This document shows positions 1 to 8,500 of a DNA stretch of 11,169 nucleotides, piece after piece (position 1 is the first letter of the stretch; every line of letters starts with the position of its first letter). A model generated the notes under the pieces. The model was given only the letters and a program-made list of their open reading frames with translations, did no database searches and was not told where the DNA came from. The stretch covers positions 1-11,169 of the forward strand of contig JBDRHK010000080.1 in the NCBI GenBank assembly GCA_043816965.1, read 5' to 3'. The translations under genes were made by a program, and so were the position numbers. The stretch comes from Candidatus Iainarchaeum sp. Its GTDB lineage: Archaea > Iainarchaeota > Iainarchaeia > Iainarchaeales > JAFCCJ01.

Positions 1-9
1 GCGGGTATT

Positions 10-26
10 GAAAGAGGGTTTAAATA
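10..26 (+). promoter_or_regulatory. Putative archaeal promoter (BRE + TATA box) for lplB-lplA
   Basis: Purine-rich GAAAGAGGG (10-18) directly followed by TTTAAATA (19-26), about 55 nt upstream of the likely ATG at 80. Motif match only. Confidence 0.55.
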
Positions 27-79
27 TGTTATCAGCAGTCCATTTGTAAGGAGTTCATTCCTGGCTGGTGAGCATTTCA

Positions 80-364
80 ATGAAATCAATCTACAAGGTC
101 CCGAACGGAAAACTGCTAAAAGTTTTTCTTGAGCTGAACGAGAATAAAATTTCGAAGCTCATTCTCACCGGTGATTTCTTCGCACATCCTGAGGAAGGAA
201 TCCATGCAATAGAGGATGAATTGCTTGGGAATGAATTAAGTGAAAACAGGAATGAGCTTATCGATAAAATAAATGAATCGGTCCAAAAAAATAATATTGA
301 ATTATTTGGACTAAGCCCTGAAGCAATAGCCGAAGCAATTTACCTGGCAAAAAATGGTGGATGA
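80..364 (+). CDS. lplB: Lipoate-protein ligase accessory (C-terminal domain) subunit, LplB-like, ~94 aa
   Basis: Translation has KVPNGKLLKV...I..L.LTGDFFAHPEE.I..IE..L.G, the GDFF signature of the LplA accessory domain, and abuts a catalytic-domain-only lplA. Start placed at ATG 80 (GGTGAG at 67-72 is a plausible RBS) rather than GTG 68 of the ORF track. Confidence 0.85.
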   Translation: MKSIYKVPNGKLLKVFLELNENKISKLILTGDFFAHPEEGIHAIEDELLGNELSENRNELIDKINESVQKNNIELFGLSPEAIAEAIYLAKNGG

Positions 365-365
365 A

Positions 366-1148
366 ATGGGCTGGAGATTTATAAATGACGGCTTTAATTC
401 GGCCACAACAAACATGGCTATTGATGAGGCAATTGTGCAGAATCACCTTGAAAACCAGGTTCCAACAGTCCGCTTTTACGGGTGGAAGCCCTCGGCAATT
501 TCAATCGGCTATTTCCAATCGCTAGAGGAAGAAGTTGCACTGGAAAGGTGCGATGAATTTGGCGTTGACTATGTGAGGAGAATTACAGGCGGTGGGGCGG
601 TATTCCATGATTTGGAATTGACCTATAGTTTTGTCTGTTCTGAAAAGTCAGGGATTGTTTCAAGGAATATTCAGGAATCATATGAAAAAATCGGAAATTC
701 CCTTATTATGGGATTTGATGAACTGGGGTTGAAGGCGCAGTTTGTTCCACTGAATGATATTGCTGTCAACGGGAAAAAGATTTCCGGAAATGCGCAGACT
801 AGGAGAAACAAATGCGTTCTGCAGCATGGGACAATTTTGCTTGATGTTGATGTTGAGAGGATGTTTTCAATGCTTAAGGTCCCGGATGAAAAACTGAAAG
901 GAAAAATGATTGAGGATGTTAAGCAAAGGGTGACCTCTGTCGAGCATGAACTGGACTGGGAAAATAATTTTGGTGAAATTACTGTTGCCGGAAAAATAGA
1001 TGAGGTTGTTAAGGCAATGATGAATGGCTTTGAGGGAAATTTTGGTGTTAACTTAGTGCAGGACGAACTTAGCGAAAAGGAAAAAGAACTTGCGCATAAA
1101 ATAGAAAAGGAAAGGTTTTCCAGTAAGGAATGGAATTTCAAGCGCTGA
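366..1148 (+). CDS. lplA: Lipoate-protein ligase A family, catalytic domain only (~260 aa)
   Basis: Motifs NMAIDEA, TVRFYGWKPSAISIGYFQ, VRRITGGGAVFHD, NDI..NGKKISGNAQ (catalytic Lys), HGTILLD and terminal F.S.EWNF. No accessory domain follows. Start is ATG 366 (GGTGG at 356-360) or ATG 354. Confidence 0.92.
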   Translation: MGWRFINDGFNSATTNMAIDEAIVQNHLENQVPTVRFYGWKPSAISIGYFQSLEEEVALERCDEFGVDYVRRITGGGAVFHDLELTYSFVCSEKSGIVSRNIQESYEKIGNSLIMGFDELGLKAQFVPLNDIAVNGKKISGNAQTRRNKCVLQHGTILLDVDVERMFSMLKVPDEKLKGKMIEDVKQRVTSVEHELDWENNFGEITVAGKIDEVVKAMMNGFEGNFGVNLVQDELSEKEKELAHKIEKERFSSKEWNFKR

Positions 1149-1151
1149 TTG

Positions 1152-1166
1152 AATAACCATTAAAAA
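1152..1166 (+). promoter_or_regulatory. Possible TATA-like element upstream of ahcY
   Basis: AATAACCATTAAAAA in the 61-nt lplA-ahcY spacer. Weak match; ahcY could instead be co-transcribed with lplBA. Confidence 0.3.
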
Positions 1167-1209
1167 CCCTTCCAATACCTATTGATAAAGAACTATTTTG
1201 GGTGGTTTT

Positions 1210-2457
1210 ATGGTGCACAAAGTAAAGGATATGATGCTTGCAAAGCAGGGGAAAATGAATATTGAGTATGCTGAAAGCCAGATGGGCGCACTACTTGAGG
1301 TTCAGAAGAGGTTTAAGGAAGAAAAGCCCCTGAAAGGCGAGGTTATCGGCCTTGCCCTTCATGTGACAAAAGAAACCGCTGTTTTAGTTAGAACCTTAAT
1401 TGCAGGCGGGGCGAAGGTTGCAATTACTGGTTGCAACCCATTGAGCACCCAAGATGATGTCGCAGCAGCCCTTGCTGATGAGGGGGTAAATGTTTTCGGG
1501 CATAAGGGAGAAACAACTGAGGAATATTACGAATTCCTGAGGGATGTGATAGATTTCAACCCCACAATTACGATTGATGACGGCTGTGATTTGGTTACTG
1601 AGATTCATAAAAACCACGCCAATTTAATTCCTGAAATTAAGGCAGGCACTGAGGAAACAACAACAGGCGTAATCCGCCTTCGCGCGATGGAAAAGGACAA
1701 TGCCCTGAAATATCCGGTTATTGCGGTGAATGACAATGAAACCAAGCATCTTTTCGACAATTATTATGGGACAGGGCAATCCACAATGGATGGAATTTTA
1801 AGGTGCACAAATGTTCTTTTTGCGGGGAAGAATTTTGTTGTAAGTGGTTATGGGAGTTGCGGAAAAGGAGTCGCCATCCGCGCAAGCGGAATGGGCTCAA
1901 ATGTTATTGTTACAGAGGTTGAGCCTGTAAAGGCATTGCAGGCGAGGATGGACGGTTATAGGGTTATGCCCCTTGCGGAAGCTGCAAAAATCGGGGAAAT
2001 TTTTGTCACAGTCACAGGCGACAAGCATGTGATAAGGACAGAGCACATGAAGGAAATGAAAACAGGCGCAATCCTCGCAAACGCCGGCCATTTTGATGTT
2101 GAGATTGATGTTGAGGGACTGAAAAAGATTGCGAAAGGCAAAAGGAGAATCAGGCCATCGTTGGATGAGTATGTGCTTCCTAATGGAAATAAAATATATG
2201 TTTGCGGCGAGGGAAGGCTGGTTAATCTTGCGGCTGCTGAAGGCCATCCCTCAACAGTAATGTCCCTGAGTTTCTGCGGGCAGGCACTGGCTGCGGAGTA
2301 TGGCGTGAAAAATAAGCTTGAACCAGGGGTTCATGTCCTTCCAAGGAAGGTAGACAGGGAAATTGCGGAGCTCCAGCTCAAGGCCATGGGAATTGAAAAA
2401 GATTCACTCACAAAAGAGCAGGAAAAATACCTTTCCTCATGGAAGGAAGGTACTTAA
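1210..2457 (+). CDS. ahcY: Adenosylhomocysteinase (S-adenosyl-L-homocysteine hydrolase), archaeal type, ~415 aa
   Basis: Motifs LHVTKETAVL, CNPLSTQDDVAAAL, IDDGCDL, EETTTGVIRL, VND..TKHLFDNYYGTGQS, NAD-binding GYGSCGKG, NAGHFDVEID, GRLVNLAAAEGHP, C-terminal YLSSWKEGT. Start at ATG 1210 after RBS GGTGG (1201-1205); the ORF track starts at TTG 1198. Confidence 0.97.
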   Translation: MVHKVKDMMLAKQGKMNIEYAESQMGALLEVQKRFKEEKPLKGEVIGLALHVTKETAVLVRTLIAGGAKVAITGCNPLSTQDDVAAALADEGVNVFGHKGETTEEYYEFLRDVIDFNPTITIDDGCDLVTEIHKNHANLIPEIKAGTEETTTGVIRLRAMEKDNALKYPVIAVNDNETKHLFDNYYGTGQSTMDGILRCTNVLFAGKNFVVSGYGSCGKGVAIRASGMGSNVIVTEVEPVKALQARMDGYRVMPLAEAAKIGEIFVTVTGDKHVIRTEHMKEMKTGAILANAGHFDVEIDVEGLKKIAKGKRRIRPSLDEYVLPNGNKIYVCGEGRLVNLAAAEGHPSTVMSLSFCGQALAAEYGVKNKLEPGVHVLPRKVDREIAELQLKAMGIEKDSLTKEQEKYLSSWKEGT

Positions 2458-2460
2458 ATA

Positions 2461-2488
2461 AGTTTTTTCCAATAGTTTTTCCAATAGT
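2461..2488 (+). terminator. Putative oligo-T terminator of ahcY with a 12-bp tandem duplication (TTTTTCCAATAG x2)
   Basis: AGTTTTTTCCAATAGTTTTTCCAATAGT starts 4 nt after the ahcY stop; units at 2464-2475 and 2476-2487. T-tracts are typical archaeal intrinsic terminators. Confidence 0.5.
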
Positions 2489-2540
2489 AAACCTTTATTA
2501 ATAACTAATTATTTACATATAGTAATCATATATAATGTAA
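2489..2540 (+). promoter_or_regulatory. AT-rich promoter region of the giant surface-protein gene
   Basis: Candidate TATA boxes AAACC-TTTATTAA (box 2494-2501) and TATATAAT (2529-2536); RBS-like AGGTG at 2562-2566. Cannot tell which box is used. Confidence 0.45.
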
Positions 2541-2565
2541 GAGAAATATATGAAACTGTGCAGGT

Positions 2566-5500
2566 GTGCTTGTGGAATCTTTGGAAGGGGACTCGCTGGG
2601 AGAAGACACCATTATTGACAAAATTAAGGGAATTTATTACATTTTTGAGGATAAATGGTATGATGCCCTTGATGTTATTAATGAAAAAATACCTGTCAAT
2701 TCAATAATTGACCCTATTGATGAAATTGTCCCAAGTTTCATGCTTTTTTCTGCAGGAATTCTCATCCTCCTGCTACTTTTGCTCATGCTTATTTTCTCGC
2801 TTTTCTTCACCCCCAGCTTGGCGCAATTTCAGGTTTTTGATGAGAATGGTAACCCCCTGGGAAACATTCCGGTATCAATAACTGCGGATGGGCAACTGAA
2901 AGAGTTGATGACTAACCCCCTGGGAAAGGTAGAGATTGAACTTTCTAACCCGGAAGTCGAAATAAAAATAGACGCCGAAGGCTATAAGCCCTTCCATGAA
3001 ACTGTGGCTGTTTTGATTGGCGAAATTAATGAGATTGAACTCAAAATTGAAGAGAAAGTGATTCTGGAAAGGACAATGGAATTTTATGATAAGGATTTGA
3101 AAGATTTAATAAAGCAAAAAATAACGGCTGTTTTCTCCTGCTCTTCCGGTGTTACCTCCCCGGGTAAAAAAACAACCTATGACGGAACTATGCGCACAAT
3201 TTTTCCGGAAGGCTGCAAAACCCTGAGCGCAGTTATAAGTTCAGATGATTATGAGACTAAAACAATATCCCTGCAGGCAAATAGGACAAGGATTGACCTT
3301 TCCCGTAAGGTTATTTTGAAAGGTAAAATAATTGTATCTGTAAGGGAAAAGGGAACTGATGACTATGTTTCAGGGATAAAATTGAAAGTATACGATTCCA
3401 CTAACAATCTCGCCTATGAGGGGCTGACCGATGGAAGCGGAAAGCGGGTCTTCGAGGTTGTGCCCGATACCTACACAATAAGGACGTATGATTCCACCGG
3501 CAAATACAATTCGGCCGAATCCGGCGGGATTGAAGTGGGTTCCGGGGAGCAGGCCAATGTGGATTTGGAAATAGAAACACCGGCGGATGGATACAAGTTA
3601 AAATTAAAATTCGTTGATTCCGATACTAATTCGTCAATCTCAGGCGTGCGAATAAGCCTTTATGATGGCAACCTGCTTTTCACTGTGACTGAGTCTGCTT
3701 CAGACGGAACCATGGAATTTGTAAATCTGGGGGAAAGTGCAAGGTATTCAGTTGTTGCCCAGCACCAGAGCTATATAACAAAAGTACTGCAGGGCATTCC
3801 CGCAGTAGATTCATTAAGCAGCGAAGTCAGGGTAATTCCCCTTGAAAGTATTGATACCAACCAGTTCGGGACGGTAACTGTTGAAGTCAGAACTCTTGAA
3901 GGGACTGCCGTTGATGAAGCGGATGTCCGGATTTACGATGAACGCTACTCATTCCACTTGGGGTTTGGGAAGACTGGCGATAATGGATATAAATCGTTTT
4001 TTAATCTTCCTCCCGCCGATTACTATGCCAAAGCGCAGAGCGATGGCGCCGAGGGAATTTCCAATACAGGGCCCCTTAATGCCGGAGAAACTCTTCCTCT
4101 GCCAATTGTGCTAGTTCTGAAGGAAGGCTCAGTCGAAGTTACTGTTGTTGATGCCGGTACCGGGCAACCCATTGAGGGGTCGCAGGTAGGATTCTATAAT
4201 TCCCTGAATCAAAACAAGATTGCGGGGGGAACTTCTGATGCTGAAGGAAAAATTGAAGAGTCATTTAAGTGGAATATCGAGCCATATGTAGTAGTGGAGA
4301 AAGCAGGCTACTTTAGGACCACTACCCCCTATATTGAGCTCTCCCCGGGAACCAAAAAAAGAATCAATGTTGAATTGGTGGTTGATGACTCCAACAGTGC
4401 AGAACCAACCTATCCGGAACTTTCAATAAAACTGGCAAGAATCCTAAAAGAAAATGGCAGGACCGCAACAAGCATAAGCAAGCAGAGTTATTACTTCTTT
4501 GAGTTCAGGGTCGTGGTCCCTTCAGATAGTCTGACGGACATAGAAGGCATTGTCAGGGCAGGGGCTGATGAGGAAATGACTTCCCAGGACAGCAGCATAG
4601 TGATAAAGGATGTTGATCTTCCCTACCAATCAATTTCCGCAGTGTTCTCAAATTGTTTTGATTCATCAGATAATTATTCAATCTGCAGTTCAACAATAAA
4701 CGATGCCAAACAGCTTAACATTAATTTCGGCGATTTGGGGAAGGGCGTTTACTTCTTCAGGGTAAAAACATTCGTGAAAGATGTTGAGGATAACGCCCTG
4801 CTTGAGATGTGGTATGGCGTCAAGGGAATGGAATCCGGAACTGAAATTTTCAAGCCCGGAAGGGCAGACCTTTACAGGTGGTTCAATTATTTGGGGGAGC
4901 CAATCTACTGCGACCCGCAGGATGAGGGCTGCCCTAATTTCGCTTTTGTGCTGATGCTTTCTGACCAGGATTCTTTGGTGAAGCACTTCGACGGAACCAT
5001 AAGCCTTGAACCAGGGGTGACCCAGCAATTACTGCAGGGTGTTGATTACACTTTCCAGTATCAAATATACAATTGGGACAAGGACAAGGAGGATTTCAGG
5101 GATATTGCCCTGGACTTCATTTTTGACCCGATAAATTTATCGGTAGACCCGCCAAGCCAAACAATTTCCGTATTTGAGGAGGGAACAAGTATCGGGGGTT
5201 CTGTTTCCCTAAGCGCAATTCAGGAATCTGCATTAACTGAAGTTACTGTTGCGCTGAACACCGGTAAACACGACAATAATGTTGTCATTCCCTTTGAGGT
5301 ACTGGCAAGAAAAAACTTTGAGATGGAGTTCGCACCATCGGAACTTATTGGGGACATATCTAATAACCTTGTCGTGACTGTCAAGGATGCCGAAAGCCAG
5401 GAATCTCTTGAAGGCGTGATGGTAACAATTGACGAAGATGCGGGGTTTTCTTCACCATATATCCCGGCAAAAGTTACGTCTGCAGGAGGAAGCGTCAATT

Positions 5501-8500
5501 ATCTGGTTGACAGGATGGCTGTCGGGGACTTCCTTTATGTTAAGGCTGAAAAGGAATTCTACCAGAGCCAGGTTGCCGCGCTGCCGGTTGTGAGTTCCCC
5601 ACTCATACATTTCGACCCTTTGGGGGTTGAATGCGTAACTGTTGAGGATTTGGACGATGACCCGGAATTGGATTTGGAAATCCTGCATAATTTTAGCGAT
5701 ACTTTCAGAATAAGGACTGATGATTGTGATGATGAAGTGGACTTTTATCTTTTTGTGCCCTCCCCTGTAACCCCTATAACCCTGGAGGCGGAAGGCCATA
5801 TTCTTGACCAGTCGGTGACAGCCCAGCCAAATATACAGCTACAGAGAACAGATTTTGTTGATGTTAAGGTAAATGCGGACCAATTTTTAGGGCAATATGG
5901 GGTTTATATAAAGGCAAAGTACAGGAGCAGGGTTGAATATAGTGATTTGAATAGGGTAGATGTATATGTAATGCCTCTCGAGACGCAGGACGGTTATTGT
6001 TTCGAGATTGACAAGACAAGTTACAACATATTCCATCAGGAGGACAGCGGAACAATAACCAACAGGTGCCATTTTTATATCCCAAACCCGTTTATGCCCT
6101 CACTAAATCTTGAAAGCCAGAAAGCAGGGGTAAGGCGGCCCTATCTTGACAGCCAGGGAATTGTAAACTTCAACTGGACTGCCCATGCGGAAGTAACCTC
6201 GATAGACAAGCAAACCGAGCAGGACTTTTCACTTTCGGTCGCTGACAGCGGGACAGAATTCAATGTGCCTCAGGACGGGGTCCTGATATTCGAGGACCTT
6301 GTTGACCCGTATACTGCCATATACATCGATAAGGCTGAAACTGCGGGCCTTGACAGGTTCGTCCTGAATTTTGGGGTGGAAGCCACTGACCTTGACATCC
6401 CCGGAAACCAGGCAACCAGGCTGCTGATGATATGGGACAGGGATGGCGTTGTCCTTTTCGAGGAACATCTGCAGGAAAATAGTAGCCAGGGAACGGTGCC
6501 AGATGTCAGCGTTAATGTCAGGAAAGGGGATGTAATTCACTTCATCATCGCTAACGATGCCTCAGTCCTGAGGTTCAAGTATGTTGAGATGGGCAGCACA
6601 CAAAGTTTCGCCGACGGACCTCATACGTCTTCAATAATACCGTCAGAGGATATGCGCGGTGAGATTGTGGGCACATTGTCAGACGCAATAGTGCAGGCGA
6701 TAGATTCTGCGGACAGGACCAACAATGTGATTAGCCTTTATGTTGGGAATGACAATGGAGACGTAGTTAACACCTGGATAACATATCCAGATATATACGC
6801 AAGCTTTTTGGGAGATGATGTGGATGATGGTGGCCTTATTGATGCCACCATTTACAATCAATCTTTGGAGGGGGAGGAGTATGCGCTTCTTACTGTTGAG
6901 GACTACACAAGCTATGATGAATTCGGGGAATTCGCAAAAAACAAGTTTAACTACACCATCTGGGGCGGCACCGATTCCATAAGCTATTCCGGCATGATTC
7001 CCTCCGACGGCGAGCTGCATGCAATGGACGGAAAGGGCGCTGACCTCCAGTTCGCTTCACAGGTCAGCACATTTTATGTTACTGATGACAGCCCTGTAGT
7101 ATCAACCTTTTTTGAGGATACCAATGCCACCTCAACCTCAAATCCTCAGGCCCACGTGATGGCAAAAACGGCCGCTGAGAGTGGCGGGTTTGCCTCGATT
7201 GATATGGTGTTTGTCATAGACAAATCCGGCAGCATGAATGATGAGTGGAGCACAATATGCGGCAGGATTGAGGGCATAAAAAGTAGCCTTCTTGACAACG
7301 GGCTTGACACCAAGAGTCTTATCTATGAAATGGGGGAAGCCTCAGAAGCCAGTCCGAGGAAGCCTTGCGCAGATGCAATTGCCTCTTGGTCAGACCCGAG
7401 CTATGCGTGGGATAGCAGTAGTGATGAGGCGGCGGAAACATGGGCTCCCAGCACAGAGTTTGCTATAGATGATGCCACTGACCGCGGATTCTGGAGGCCG
7501 AGCTCCTACCGTATGCTTATCATAATCAGTGACAACATACCCTCAGGAAACAAAGGGCGTGACAGCGGCTGGAGAGGAGCTAATGTGGAGGAAAAACTTG
7601 TGATGAATGCCATTGACAAGGCCAGAAGCAATGGCGTGACCCTCTTTGTACTTAATACCTCACTTGAAGTAGATAGCAAGGACCGTTATGGTGACCCTGC
7701 GAAGTATGATGCGATAGAGCTAATGGAGATGGCAACAGACCAGACAGGGGGATTTATCCAGACCTATTCCGAATCGGATTTAGACCTGAGCCTTGAGAAT
7801 CAGATAATCACAATAATACTAAGGAGGGTTCCCCCAAAGATTGCCGAAACTTTCCATGTAAGATTGGCATCAGGCGAGGAAAATGTATGTTACGGGCGGA
7901 ACGATTTGGTTGGGTATACCGGGCCCAATGCTGCCCCAAGGCTGAGATTTTCCTGGGATTGGCATTCCCTTGCACTTAATGAATCAGGATTTGGCCCATG
8001 TGATTATGCCAATCAGGATTATGTCTATTGCGATGGCCTGCAGTTTACCAAGGAAATTGTGGAAAAGCTAATTAAGGTTGAGGAACTCGCGATAGATGGC
8101 GAGTATGAGTATATTGATGGATATCTTAACTTCGAATCCCTGCTAATTGCTGATGGTTACAATGACGATTTTTTCAATGATTTTTATAGCTATGTTATGC
8201 AGTATGAATTTACGGACGCGCCAATGAGATTTACGAACGGCACAAATGGCTGGCAGCTCTACTTCCAGGAGCCCAGGAACAAGATTCATTTAAATTCAGT
8301 GAGTGAGGGCATGCCGGTGCCGCTTACCGGCTTGTACAAAATAAACATAAGCCTAGGCTTCGAGGAAGGGGAAGAATGGGTTTTCTTTGAGAACGGCCAG
8401 CCAAATGCCGACATAAACATTAACTTTGAGAGAATTTCTGAATTGAGGACGGATAACATACTTTATTACATTCCCTTCGACGGTGAGATTGGAACTACGG

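Noticed and set aside
258..2247. Minus-strand ORFs 258-446, 671-1141, 1396-1617, 1718-1900, 1897-2247 and 1956-2141
   Set aside because: Antisense shadows of lplB, lplA and ahcY; Ser/Phe/Ile-rich translations with no recognisable motifs.
2461..2488. CRISPR array or insertion target-site duplication
   Set aside because: Only two adjacent 12-bp units with no spacer, and no cas, transposase or integrase gene.
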